Source: Candidatus Gottesmanbacteria bacterium RBG_16_52_11
GTDB taxonomy: Bacteria > Patescibacteriota > Microgenomatia > UBA10105 > UBA927
Length of the DNA stretch: 50,454 bases
Assembly: GCA_001779095.1 (NCBI GenBank)
Contig: MFJD01000004.1
Coordinates: 116,876 to 167,329, forward strand
Direction of reading: 5' to 3'
The position numbers and the translations under genes were made by a program. The notes under the pieces are model-generated. The model worked only from the letters and a program-made list of their open reading frames with translations. It ran no database searches and had not been told where the DNA came from. Positions 18,698-28,995 of this stretch are shown piece by piece. How positions within the stretch are numbered: the first letter of the stretch is position 1; every line of letters begins with the position of its first letter.

Positions 18698-19630
18698 ATG
18701 CATACATTCTCCGCAGTCGTAACGAGTTTACGTCCCCGGCAGTGGATCAAGAATTTAGGGACATTTACACCGCTTTTCTTTTCCGGCAACCTTTTTAATC
18801 CGGCGGGTTTTTACTGGACCGCAGTCGCGACAGTGGCGTTCTGTGCCGTGGCATCTTCAGGATACCTGTTTAACGACGTCATTGATGTCAGGTATGACCG
18901 GACTCATCCGTTTAAGAAATTCAGGGCTATCGCCAGCGGCGCGATTCCCGTCCCGAGCGCCATGGCTCTGGCATTGGCGCTGGCTTTGACCGGACTGACG
19001 GCGGCATACTGGGTCAACTGGCAGGTATTCGTCGCGGCACTTGCTTTCCTGATCATCCGTTATACCAACACTCTGGTCCTCAGGTATGTAGCGATAATCG
19101 ATATCCTGACTATTGCCATCGGTTATGTGATCAGGGTGTATGCGGGGGTGGCGGCCTCCGGATATTATATCTCGATCTGGCTGTCGTTGACGGTGATGTC
19201 GGTTTCACTGCTTCTGGCTATCGGCAAGCACCGGGCAGATCTCACCTTTGCCATGAAGAAACGCGGTAAAGCCGGTTCCTTTATATCTGAAAAAGTAAAG
19301 TACTCAGAACAGATGATTAATACCTATACGGCAATGTTTGCTACTTCGACTATTATCACCTATTCTTACTATTCTTTCCTGACCGAGCTGGCGGGTTTGG
19401 GATTTTTCGTCGGCAGGGACACGTGGTATGCCAGTTCCGTTTTTGACCGGAAATGGATGATGGCTACCATACCCTTCGTCATATACGGCGTGATGCGGTA
19501 CCTTCAGCTCATCTACGAAGAAGGGGAAGGGACGCTTGAGAAAATTATCACTACCGATATCCCGCTGATGATCACCTTCGGCGGCTGGTCGCTGGTATCG
19601 TTTCTGGTCATTTACGGAATCGGAGGCTGA
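18698..19630 (+). CDS. UbiA-family polyprenyl-phosphate phosphoribosyltransferase (DPPR-synthase-like)
   Basis: LRPRQWIKN and YLFNDVIDVRYDRTHPFKKFRAIASG motifs, TIPFVIYGVMRYL, about 8 TM. Confidence 0.85.
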   Translation: MHTFSAVVTSLRPRQWIKNLGTFTPLFFSGNLFNPAGFYWTAVATVAFCAVASSGYLFNDVIDVRYDRTHPFKKFRAIASGAIPVPSAMALALALALTGLTAAYWVNWQVFVAALAFLIIRYTNTLVLRYVAIIDILTIAIGYVIRVYAGVAASGYYISIWLSLTVMSVSLLLAIGKHRADLTFAMKKRGKAGSFISEKVKYSEQMINTYTAMFATSTIITYSYYSFLTELAGLGFFVGRDTWYASSVFDRKWMMATIPFVIYGVMRYLQLIYEEGEGTLEKIITTDIPLMITFGGWSLVSFLVIYGIGG

Positions 19631-20214
19631 TGAGCAAGTCCCGACCGGTAGTGAAAATCGGCATCGACTTTGACGGAGTCCTGGCATATAACCCTTTCCG
19701 GATTATCCGGGCACCCATTACTTATGTTAAACGCCGGTTTTTCGGGATCCGGAAGCTCCGGTTTTATGTCCCGAATACCCCGTTTGAGCGTTTTGTGTGG
19801 GCGCTGCTTCACGAGTCATCGGTGCTGCCGGCGCGGGGAATCCGACTGCTACCGGAATTGGCGGCCCGTCCTGACGTAAAGCTGTACCTGGTGACCGCAC
19901 GGTTCGGGTATCTCCAGCCGTCGCTTTACCGCTGGCTCGACCGTCACGGGGTGCGTGACCTGTTTGCCGACATCCTCATTAACCGCCGGGACGAGCAGCC
20001 GCATGAGCATAAGCTCCAGACGATCAACCGGTTAGGGCTGAATTACTATATTGAAGACAACTGGGATATCGTTGAGTATCTGCAGGGCAGGACCGATACC
20101 CGGGTGATGTGGATTTACAATATTGCCGACCGGCATTACGGGTACCCGGACAAATACCCGTTCCTTGAGGCTGCGCTAGGCGAAGTCCGGCATAACCTGC
20201 CGGAGCGGAAGTGA
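19630..20214 (+). CDS. HAD-superfamily phosphatase
   Basis: Motif I DFDGVL, motif II VTAR, motif III K, motif IV IEDN. Start overlaps the upstream stop (TGATG). Confidence 0.8.
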   Translation: MSKSRPVVKIGIDFDGVLAYNPFRIIRAPITYVKRRFFGIRKLRFYVPNTPFERFVWALLHESSVLPARGIRLLPELAARPDVKLYLVTARFGYLQPSLYRWLDRHGVRDLFADILINRRDEQPHEHKLQTINRLGLNYYIEDNWDIVEYLQGRTDTRVMWIYNIADRHYGYPDKYPFLEAALGEVRHNLPERK

Positions 20215-20218
20215 TTTC

Positions 20219-21352
20219 ATGGAGAGAACTAAACCCCGCGTACTATTTCTTCTGACATATTACCGGCCACACTGGACCGGACTGACCCAGTATGCGGCGC
20301 GACTGGCCGAAGGTTTAGCCGGATCGGGATACGATGTATCGGTAGTGACAACCAGGCATGACGGAAGTCTGCCGGGCCGGGAAATGATCCGCGGAGTACG
20401 GATTCTGCGAAGCCCGGTGCTATTCCGTTTTTCCCGGACACTGATTTCTCCGGCAATGTTTCCGGTATTCGTCAGGGAGTTGTTAAACTGCGACAGGGTG
20501 ATCATATTCCTGCCGTTTGCGGAGGTGGCGCTGGCGGCAATAATTGCCAGAGGATTCGGAAAACCGGTGTATCTGGTGCATAACGGCGATCTCAGGCTAC
20601 CAGCCGGCGTGATTAACCGGATACTTGAGTCAACTTATACTGTAAGTACGCTGATCGGGATGTTTGCTTCCCGGGCTATCGTCGGCCAGTCGAAAGACTA
20701 TAGTGAAAATTCTGCAGTGCTATCGAAAGCCGGAACTAAACTGCGGATCATTCCGCCCCTGTTTCCACCTGATTATGTATCAGCACCCCGAAATCAAAAA
20801 CCGGTGAGACGCAAGGCATATACCGTCGGATTTGCCGGAAGATTCGTTGAGGAAAAGGGATTTGACAGGTTGATCCGGGCAGCACCCCTGGTCTGGGAAA
20901 AGCTGCCGGATACCCGCTTCGTCTACGCCGGAGAGACGAAAATGTCATACGAACAATTTTTTGAAAGATTTGAGCAGGATATTGCCGGACTTGGTAACCG
21001 GATGACCATGTCAGGCAGACTGGATGAGGCGGGAATGCGCGGTTTTTACCGAACACTGGATGTGCTGGTGGTTCCGTCCCGGAGCGACTGCTTCCCGTCA
21101 GTACTGGTTGAGGGAATGCTCTCCGGGGTTCCGGCCGTGGTTGCCGATATACCGGGGGCCAGAAGTCCGGTCCGTCAAACCGGAATGGGGGAGACAGTCG
21201 ACGCTGCCGATCCGGCGGCGCTGGCCGGGGCAATCATCAGGGTCCTGACGCATAAAAGCGTGTATACTCGGAACTGGAAGAAAGTTACCGGGGAATTTTC
21301 TTATGAGCGGACTCTCCGCGAATACCGATCGCTTCTTGAGCCGGGAGATTGA
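20219..21352 (+). CDS. Glycosyltransferase family 4 (GT-B)
   Basis: YYRPHWTG, FAGRFVEEKGF and PSRSDCFPSVLVEGMLSG motifs. Confidence 0.9.
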   Translation: MERTKPRVLFLLTYYRPHWTGLTQYAARLAEGLAGSGYDVSVVTTRHDGSLPGREMIRGVRILRSPVLFRFSRTLISPAMFPVFVRELLNCDRVIIFLPFAEVALAAIIARGFGKPVYLVHNGDLRLPAGVINRILESTYTVSTLIGMFASRAIVGQSKDYSENSAVLSKAGTKLRIIPPLFPPDYVSAPRNQKPVRRKAYTVGFAGRFVEEKGFDRLIRAAPLVWEKLPDTRFVYAGETKMSYEQFFERFEQDIAGLGNRMTMSGRLDEAGMRGFYRTLDVLVVPSRSDCFPSVLVEGMLSGVPAVVADIPGARSPVRQTGMGETVDAADPAALAGAIIRVLTHKSVYTRNWKKVTGEFSYERTLREYRSLLEPGD

Positions 21353-22175
21353 TCCGGCTTTTGCCAGGCGGGCAGCTCTGGTCCTGAATAATCTTGAGGT
21401 AGCTGGAGGAGATAAAATTCTGGATATCGGCTGCGGTAGGGGATTTTATGTCGTCGCTGCCGCGTCTGCCTGGCCGCAGGCCCGGATTACCGGGATTGAC
21501 ACCGTCAGGAAATACCTGGAAATTGCCGGAAATGCCATCCGGCACCTGAAACTCGGCAATGCTCAGGTCCGTCATGCTGACGGCATGAGGTTGCCCTTTA
21601 CGTCGGATTCATTTGACCGGATCATCTGCTCCGAGGTGCTAGAGCATGTTGCATCGGACACCCGACTGGTTTCGGAAATGCTGCGGGTTCTGAAACCCGG
21701 CGGCATAGCCCTTATTACAGTTCCGTCAGCCCATTATCCGTTCCTCTGGGATCCGCTGAATTTCTGCCTTGAAGCATTTACCGGGCAGCATATACCGTCC
21801 CGCATCTGGTGGCTGGCCGGGATCTGGGCCGATCATGTCCGGCTCTACCGCAGTCATGATCTGACGGCGCTTCTGTCAGCGGCGGGTTTTTCGGTCGACA
21901 AAATCTGGTACTCCACCCGGTTCTGTTTCCCGTTCAGTCATTTCCTGCTATACGGGATCGGAAAAAATCTGGTAGAGCGCGGTATGGTCGGATCCGGTTT
22001 CGACCGGTTCAGCATTCAGAGCCCGCCGACAGCACCGGCGCGGATAGCCCGGGCGGTACTGCGGATAGCGGACTGCTTCAATGACACTACGGAAATGCTA
22101 AGCGAACCAAGCCGTTTCGTTAATCTGGTATGTAAAGTCAGAAAGCCCCGGACAAAAAAGCAGCTTCCGTCATGA
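21303..22175 (+). CDS. Class I SAM-dependent methyltransferase
   Basis: ILDIGCGRG, FDRIICSEVLEH, RVLKPGG. Confidence 0.9.
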   Translation: MSGLSANTDRFLSREIDPAFARRAALVLNNLEVAGGDKILDIGCGRGFYVVAAASAWPQARITGIDTVRKYLEIAGNAIRHLKLGNAQVRHADGMRLPFTSDSFDRIICSEVLEHVASDTRLVSEMLRVLKPGGIALITVPSAHYPFLWDPLNFCLEAFTGQHIPSRIWWLAGIWADHVRLYRSHDLTALLSAAGFSVDKIWYSTRFCFPFSHFLLYGIGKNLVERGMVGSGFDRFSIQSPPTAPARIARAVLRIADCFNDTTEMLSEPSRFVNLVCKVRKPRTKKQLPS

Positions 22176-23728
22176 AAAAATCCTTTCTTCAGCTGTCTGC
22201 CGTGATTGGCATCTATCTGATTGCGGCACTTTATAAACTCAGTGAAATACCGGGCGAATGGTACGGTGATATCACCGCCCTTCAAAGCCAGGTCAGCGAA
22301 ATCCTGAAGGGTTCATTCCCGCTCGGATTCCTACTGGGATCAGGCCCCTTGTATCCTTATTTCGCGGCCGTTTTCGTAAAATTTCTTGGCGTTTCCTATA
22401 TGACATATAAAGTCGCGACGGTCTCTGCCGGCGCTGTCGGACTGACATTGACATACGCATACGCCCGGGAATTAGGCGGCAGAAGGCTGGCGGTGGTATC
22501 CGGAATTCTCCTTTCTGTATCCAGCTGGTACCTGGCGTGGGCCCGGCTGGGAAGTACGCCGGTAATGGCCACTCCGGTCCTGTCTGCCGGCATGATGCTT
22601 TGCCTTCTCAGGTACCACCGCAGCGGCCGGGTCATCTGGCTCGGAACCGGAGCCTTACTGTCGGGGTTGGGGCTTTTCACTTATCCCGGAGCTTATTTCT
22701 ATCCGCTGACTTACCTTGCCGCCTTTGTAATACTCCGCCTGAGAACTCTGATTAACATCCGGACGGCAAAGGAACTGACAGTCATCGCACTTTGTCTGAT
22801 ACCCCTGATTACCGGTTTTACCAGAATTGTTCTGTCACAGCCGGCGCAGTTTCTGGATAAACAGGGTTACCTCGGCGCAAAACTATTTCCGGCGCTATCG
22901 CAGGATTCCAACGTTGTTGCTGCTAAACTGGCTGCAAATGCAGCAAAAACATGGGGCAGTTTCCTTTTCACGGGGGACATAATTTTCCGGACAAATGTGC
23001 CGGGATCACCGCACCTGGATCCGGTCAGCGGGGTGCTTTTTTTTACCGGAATACTGATACTTCTGATAAGCCGAAACCAGAGGAAATTGGTGCCGTTTCT
23101 GATCATTCCGCTGTTATTAATCCCGGTACCGTCCATGTCGCCGGCGCTTCCTGACGGAGAAGTACCCAGCATCACGCGGACTTACGGTATGCTGCCGTTC
23201 GTTGTCATCACTGCAGGCATCGGTATTCTGGCTGCAGGGGAATGGGTAAGGAAAAGAACCGGAAAATACCATTCTCAGATCGTAATCGGGATTATCGTGA
23301 TTACAGCTGCGGTTTTTAACCTCAATAAATACTTTTCCCAATATCCTAAAAGTCTTCCGAACCGCAACTCACCTTATGGCAGGATCATTGCCGACAATAT
23401 CGATACGCTGCAGCCGGAGATGCCTGTTTACATGCCGGGCTGTTGTTGGGGGGAATGGGGGCAGCCGGAAGTGCACGGCGTTTATTATGTTCTGAAAAAT
23501 AAAACCGGTAGGGAAAACATTATTCTGGACCAATACCAGCTTACCTGCCGGGAAATCGACACGGCAAACGGCGCCCTGATTATTCTGGATCCCGGCGATA
23601 AGCTGAAAATAGGCCGGTTCACCTACTGTTTCCCCGGTGCCGCTGGTCAACTTCATACCGATAGGTACGGGCAAAAGGTATTTTATTCGCTTTTGGTCCC
23701 GCCGGGCATCCGGGGTATCGACCGCTAG
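22172..23728 (+). CDS. PMT/ArnT-like GT-C glycosyltransferase
   Basis: WYGD loop after TM1, GPLYPY, about 11 TM and a C-terminal soluble domain. Confidence 0.75.
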   Translation: MKKSFLQLSAVIGIYLIAALYKLSEIPGEWYGDITALQSQVSEILKGSFPLGFLLGSGPLYPYFAAVFVKFLGVSYMTYKVATVSAGAVGLTLTYAYARELGGRRLAVVSGILLSVSSWYLAWARLGSTPVMATPVLSAGMMLCLLRYHRSGRVIWLGTGALLSGLGLFTYPGAYFYPLTYLAAFVILRLRTLINIRTAKELTVIALCLIPLITGFTRIVLSQPAQFLDKQGYLGAKLFPALSQDSNVVAAKLAANAAKTWGSFLFTGDIIFRTNVPGSPHLDPVSGVLFFTGILILLISRNQRKLVPFLIIPLLLIPVPSMSPALPDGEVPSITRTYGMLPFVVITAGIGILAAGEWVRKRTGKYHSQIVIGIIVITAAVFNLNKYFSQYPKSLPNRNSPYGRIIADNIDTLQPEMPVYMPGCCWGEWGQPEVHGVYYVLKNKTGRENIILDQYQLTCREIDTANGALIILDPGDKLKIGRFTYCFPGAAGQLHTDRYGQKVFYSLLVPPGIRGIDR

Positions 23729-23742
23729 ATCCGTGAACCGGT

Positions 23743-25524
23743 TCAGATATTTCCGGTGATCCGGCCGAAGATTTCCTGTCCGGTCAGCCGCTCCTGGTTA
23801 TGAAGAATTATCACCTTCGGATGATCATAGACAGTCCAGGTTTCATCCATATAGTCGTCGACGAAGGAAACGCCCGATTGCGGGCAGTCATCGAAACGAC
23901 TGACAATTTCCCCGTACGTACCAAACGGCAACCGGATGCAGACTGACGCTGCCGGCAATGCCAGATTGGGACGGGATGTGAACTGGGCAGCGATTTCATA
24001 CCCGAGACTTCCGTTGATCAGTTTTTCATAATACGTCCGGCTTTGGGGAAATCTGACCGGCAGGCGGGTCAGGGAACCGTAGGCACGGTTGCTTGACAGG
24101 GTAACGAAATCAGCTTCAGCAAGAACTGTGGCGACGGATTTCCATTTCTCCACGTTGTCCGGACCGAATACCGGCAATTCCCGGATTCTGTAATCCTCCT
24201 TTAATTTACCGGTCAGGGAAATCGGCAGGTAGTCATCCCAGTGTTCGCCGGCTATGACGGATCCTTTGGGAGCCGCGGCATAAATCCAGCGGGAAGCTGC
24301 TATCCGGGTGTGGGGTTTCAGATAGATGCCGGTAACCGCCACCGGCCAGACAATGAGCGCTGCCATAACCAGTGCCGTAACGGATGCGCCGCGGCGGATC
24401 CGACCGGAAAAAACAGAGAGCGCAACACCGGAGATAACCGCGATCAGAGGATACAGGACATAGAAGTACCGGATTGCTTTTGCAGTCTGTACACCGTGAT
24501 AGATAAAAACGGTAACCAGCGCTGCCGAAATGACCACGAATACTGATTTTCTGATCCGGCTGAGATTACGGATCAGGAAAATGCCGGCCCAGATTGAAAG
24601 GAGCGCATGTGGCAGCCCCAGTCCGACAAAAACCAGATTCATAAGCGGGTAAATGATCGGGATCGTGCCATCCCATTGTAGGGCAGGCGGAAACATCGCA
24701 CCCGGCGTATCGAAAGATTTCAATTCCTGCCAGTTTTTCAGTACTTTCGGATTCAGGGTCAATGAACCGGAGGAAAAAAGATACGGATAGGCAATCCGTA
24801 CGGTCACCGCCAGCAGCAGTGTAAACCCGAGAACGGAGAGGACAGACCTGACTACGTTCCGGTGCCGGATAAACCTGATCAGGAAAGAAACCGCTACGGC
24901 CGGTAAAACCAGCGCGGCGGAAATTTTACTGGCTACAGCCAGACCGAATGCCACCGCCGACGGATTTTCCCGGCGGGAAACGATAAGTGTCAGTCCGAGT
25001 ACCGCAAACAGCGTCAGGTAAGGATCGACGGTGAAAAAATGCGATATCTGGATCGGCAGGGCCATAGTGGCATAAACAAATGCGGCCATAATGCCAGCCT
25101 GCGGTAAACCGGACATGAGTTTTGCCAGCCGGTATACCAGAAGCAGGACCACCAGATCACAGACCGCCGACATCGCCCGGCCGGTGAGCGTCAGGTTCAT
25201 GTAGTCTCCGGATTTAAGAAGCTCTGCTACGGCTTTCACCATTATGACCGGTAAAGTCCCGTAAACATAGAATCCGCTGCCGATATTATGCGGATTCAGA
25301 CGGGACCGGGCGGTATCGAAGTATTCCGGTACCGATGCCGGCCATTTCATGGAAGTGGCCACCATGGTCAGAAAGCGCTCATCCGGGTGCAGGTGTGCGC
25401 CGGCATCCCAGTTGATCCCGGAGAACCGGAAGACTGCGGCCAGAATCAGGACCGTAATCAGCTGGGCCGGAACGGATATGCGCAGCCAAAACGTCCATAT
25501 TTTCCCGTGCGGTGTTTTATCCAT
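23743..25524 (-). CDS. PMT/ArnT-like GT-C glycosyltransferase
   Basis: WDAGAHLHPDERF, YVYGTLP, SHFFTVD, EHWDD, DETWTVYDHPKV. Confidence 0.85.
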   Translation of the reverse strand: MDKTPHGKIWTFWLRISVPAQLITVLILAAVFRFSGINWDAGAHLHPDERFLTMVATSMKWPASVPEYFDTARSRLNPHNIGSGFYVYGTLPVIMVKAVAELLKSGDYMNLTLTGRAMSAVCDLVVLLLVYRLAKLMSGLPQAGIMAAFVYATMALPIQISHFFTVDPYLTLFAVLGLTLIVSRRENPSAVAFGLAVASKISAALVLPAVAVSFLIRFIRHRNVVRSVLSVLGFTLLLAVTVRIAYPYLFSSGSLTLNPKVLKNWQELKSFDTPGAMFPPALQWDGTIPIIYPLMNLVFVGLGLPHALLSIWAGIFLIRNLSRIRKSVFVVISAALVTVFIYHGVQTAKAIRYFYVLYPLIAVISGVALSVFSGRIRRGASVTALVMAALIVWPVAVTGIYLKPHTRIAASRWIYAAAPKGSVIAGEHWDDYLPISLTGKLKEDYRIRELPVFGPDNVEKWKSVATVLAEADFVTLSSNRAYGSLTRLPVRFPQSRTYYEKLINGSLGYEIAAQFTSRPNLALPAASVCIRLPFGTYGEIVSRFDDCPQSGVSFVDDYMDETWTVYDHPKVIILHNQERLTGQEIFGRITGNI

Positions 25525-25527
25525 ATT

Positions 25528-27201
25528 TCAGAGCCCGGGACAGATATCGCTGACCCGGTAAATACTGACGCCGGTATCTGAATTGCGGTAAGACGGGCGG
25601 AAGCTGCCTTTCCAGAGCGACCAGTTAACCTTGATAAATCCTTCAGGCTTGTCGCTGAGTTCTACCAGGTCAATGGATTGCCCGCTTAGTATACGGCAGG
25701 CAGTATTCCCGTCGGGCGCATTATAGATGGCGTTCATTATTTCCTCCCGGGCATCCTTGTCATAGCCGTAGGACCAGGTGAAGTAAGCGTATCCGGAGTA
25801 AATATCCCGTCCGACCAGTGAGGCCGGATGGTAGAACCAGTTGCTGTTAAGAACCAGGTCGTCAGGAGCGCTGTGATTGAGAAAGTATACGGCTTCCGGA
25901 ACCACGGGATAGTCGTACAGGCCGCCGATCCGGTCGTTGGCTATAACGGAAATGTCGATGATTCCCGAAACCGTAACCAGGAAGATCAGGATTACGGTGA
26001 GAGTTTTGGGCAGTAATCTGCCGAAACCCCGGCCCAGCCGCCAAAGCCGGTACAGGGCCAGGGCGGAATAAGCCGAACCCATGATCACGACGAAATTGAA
26101 CAGCTTGTGGTTGTTGATCATATCCGGTGATAGCCTGAAAACATTAGGCAGTGCAAACAGCAACAGAAGCGGCAGCGCCAGCAATTTCAGCCGGCGGGAC
26201 GCCAGCAGGAATCCGGCCGGCATCAGAATCAGATGGAAGCCCAGGTTGTGCCACCAGTACCACAGGAATTTCCCCGCAGTTAACGGCTTTTCGATCAGGT
26301 ACCCCGGATCGATGCCGATTGCCGCCGGATCGGCGGTGATGTTGCGGTACACCAGAAAGGCGGGTACCAGGACGACGAAAGCGGAAAGCACCGGGAAACG
26401 CGCCGGCGGATGCAGGAAAAACAGGAAAAACAGGTAAGTTACCGCGATCAGAAGTGCCGCCTGATTAAGGAAAAACAGCGATCCGGCCAGGACTCCGACA
26501 CCGAGACCGGAGAGAAACCGGATTCTCAGGGGCTGTTTCGGATCATGGATTAACAGAATATAAATCACCGCCAGGCATACCGCAAAAGACAAAGCCAGAT
26601 GCCGCTGGTTCGTGTAAATATTGAAGTTCCAGAAAGCACTGACAGGGCCTCCGTCCCAGGGCCCGAAAGCCGGAAACCGGTCAGCCGAGAGGATTTCCAG
26701 CGGCGTTGCCGGCGACAGAGGATGAGCCCGGAAGAATTTCAGGAAAGCCAGCGATCCGTTGAAAAGGAAAAAAAGTACGGTCAGCAAAGCTACACCGGTA
26801 CTGGCAAACAACCGCCGGATCAGAAGAAACAGGAACACCAGAAGCCCGGACAGTCCCAGGGCACTGGGTATATTGACGGCCCAGTCGAACCGTAATCCGG
26901 CACGTTCCAGAACTCCCGCGATCATGTAGAAAAGGAAATGGTACCGGATTTTTTCTCCCGGAAACAGCGGGGACTGGGGAGCCTGCCAATGGGTAATCCG
27001 CCACCAGTTGCTGCCTATGGAGAACGACCGGACCAGCGGCAGGTGGGCACCGAAATCACTCCAGAGCGTTGATGCGATGCGGATGGTGTGCGTCTCCGGA
27101 TCGTATCCGAGGGTATGCAGCATCAGCCAGAAGGAAAAGACCAGAAATCCGGTAAACAGCAGTAATGTTCCGATCTGACGGCGTGGGAGTGCTGTCAACA
27201 T
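25528..27201 (-). CDS. Polytopic membrane protein, putative GT-C glycosyltransferase
   Basis: WSDFGAH loop, IRYHFLF, NQRH, many TM and a C-terminal domain. Confidence 0.65.
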   Translation of the reverse strand: MLTALPRRQIGTLLLFTGFLVFSFWLMLHTLGYDPETHTIRIASTLWSDFGAHLPLVRSFSIGSNWWRITHWQAPQSPLFPGEKIRYHFLFYMIAGVLERAGLRFDWAVNIPSALGLSGLLVFLFLLIRRLFASTGVALLTVLFFLFNGSLAFLKFFRAHPLSPATPLEILSADRFPAFGPWDGGPVSAFWNFNIYTNQRHLALSFAVCLAVIYILLIHDPKQPLRIRFLSGLGVGVLAGSLFFLNQAALLIAVTYLFFLFFLHPPARFPVLSAFVVLVPAFLVYRNITADPAAIGIDPGYLIEKPLTAGKFLWYWWHNLGFHLILMPAGFLLASRRLKLLALPLLLLFALPNVFRLSPDMINNHKLFNFVVIMGSAYSALALYRLWRLGRGFGRLLPKTLTVILIFLVTVSGIIDISVIANDRIGGLYDYPVVPEAVYFLNHSAPDDLVLNSNWFYHPASLVGRDIYSGYAYFTWSYGYDKDAREEIMNAIYNAPDGNTACRILSGQSIDLVELSDKPEGFIKVNWSLWKGSFRPSYRNSDTGVSIYRVSDICPGL

Positions 27202-27237
27202 TTCTCAATTGTAGCACGGTGAGGGGACGCAGCCGGA

Positions 27238-28926
27238 TTAATCAGTGGCTGCTCCGGCAACGCTGCCCAGATCCTCGGACCAAACTACGACAACGGATTT
27301 ATGTCCGGATGCGGTGTCCAGCGGAAACGGGCCTTCAATCTGCCAGCGGGGGTAATTATTATCAGATGCAATTTTCCCGAAACACGGATTATCCGTTGTC
27401 ATCAGGACTACTGAGCCGGAATAATCACAGTCCATGGCAGCAGCTGTTTCTGCCGTAAAACCCGACGCATAACCGTCCCAATAATATACCGCAGCATCTC
27501 CGAAATTGTCGGTTTTCACCAGTTGGGTAATATCAGCCGTCAGTACGAATTTCTGAGGCAGGATGCGCAGAAGCCGGGGGGACAGGTCACGGACCGCCAT
27601 TGCCAGTTCGGACTGGCCGGTTGTCTTCTGATCCATATATAACCGGTACTGACGGATAATACCTGAAACAATAAGGGGAATCAGCAACGCAGCCAAAATG
27701 TGCCGCTTGACCGGCAGATGACGGACAGCCGCCGTAAAAAGCAGGACGAAAAACGGTATCGAGACGGTCGACCGCTTCAGCATATAATCGACAGCCGCTC
27801 CGCCGGCATACCCCTGCATCATCATCCCGGCCATAAGCGTTCCCCAGATCCAGACCGCGCAGACAGCCCCCATCCAGCCGTTGCCGCCGACAAGGGAATA
27901 AACCAGGATGCCCAGAAATATCCATCCGAAGAATCCAACAGTCCAGGGAACACCGTACGGAGTGATCAGAAAATGGTTTAAAACGTTACCGGAGGTGACA
28001 AGTACCGTCTGAATTGCCGGTAAAAGCGGTTCACCGTCGCCGGCAATGCGGATATCAGTCCGATATCTCAGGCTGAGCAGTAATCCGGCCAAAAAAAGTA
28101 CAATAAACGCCATCGGAACCAAAGCCGAAGGTTGCCCCCGGATTCCCCGGCGGAAAGCATCAGTTAACAGGTACACGGTCAGAAGTCCGCATAAAGCCAG
28201 TCCGGGCGTGTACATGAAGGCCAGTGTGTACGCCAGCATGCCGATGAGTGCCGGATAAATTATATTTTTTGTTGTCTCCGACCGGAGAACCAGTCCTGCT
28301 CCCAGGAGTGCCAGCGCGGAAGGATATGCTGCCTGTTCGAAATTGAATACCACCCACCCCAATACCGGAAATAACCAGGGAGTCAGAACGGCCGATGCGG
28401 TCAGGATATCGCGGGCCGGATGATCCGCGAGCCACCGGTACAGGCCGTAGGCAAATACCGGCAGGCCGATCAGGAAGTAGACCGCGTTACCCGCCTGGAG
28501 GGAAAAAACGCTGCGTCCGAACAGCAGGGTAGGCAGTGCCGGGATAAAGTACTGCTTGGCCGGGTAACCATAGAGGCAGGTGCCGGCGTATGCGTTCCCT
28601 TTGCCTTTAAGCAGTGATACGGCGCAGGCGATCTCATGCGTCGATTCGAAACTCATAAACTGCGCCCGGGTACTCAGGTACAGTATTGTTGCCAGTGAGA
28701 TAAGTACGGCAACCGCGGAAAGAACTGCTTTCCCGCGCCCGGCATCACAAGTCAAACGGATCAGTAACATGCCTGACGATACTGCGAAAACCAGCCAAGC
28801 ACATACCCAGGCTAGTACGCCGACCGTGCCGTATGCCGGGCTTCCGATGACGGCAATGTCGGCTGCTACCATTAAGGCAGTAAGACTTACCAGGCCGGCA
28901 GGCAATAGACGTGTCAACCGTTTCAT
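27238..28926 (-). CDS. Polytopic membrane protein, possible GT-C
   Basis: About 12 TM and an ESTHE acidic loop. The start at MKRLTR is an estimate. Confidence 0.55.
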   Translation of the reverse strand: MKRLTRLLPAGLVSLTALMVAADIAVIGSPAYGTVGVLAWVCAWLVFAVSSGMLLIRLTCDAGRGKAVLSAVAVLISLATILYLSTRAQFMSFESTHEIACAVSLLKGKGNAYAGTCLYGYPAKQYFIPALPTLLFGRSVFSLQAGNAVYFLIGLPVFAYGLYRWLADHPARDILTASAVLTPWLFPVLGWVVFNFEQAAYPSALALLGAGLVLRSETTKNIIYPALIGMLAYTLAFMYTPGLALCGLLTVYLLTDAFRRGIRGQPSALVPMAFIVLFLAGLLLSLRYRTDIRIAGDGEPLLPAIQTVLVTSGNVLNHFLITPYGVPWTVGFFGWIFLGILVYSLVGGNGWMGAVCAVWIWGTLMAGMMMQGYAGGAAVDYMLKRSTVSIPFFVLLFTAAVRHLPVKRHILAALLIPLIVSGIIRQYRLYMDQKTTGQSELAMAVRDLSPRLLRILPQKFVLTADITQLVKTDNFGDAAVYYWDGYASGFTAETAAAMDCDYSGSVVLMTTDNPCFGKIASDNNYPRWQIEGPFPLDTASGHKSVVVVWSEDLGSVAGAATD

Positions 28927-28995
28927 GTGATTTGCCGCAATCAATTATCAGAAACATTGTAGCACCGGGGATACCCCGGCTATAATGCTAACCAT

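Noticed and set aside
18592..18789. N-terminal extension of the oxidoreductase ORF
   Set aside because: Overlaps the divergent UbiA gene. The Rossmann motif starts at 18591.
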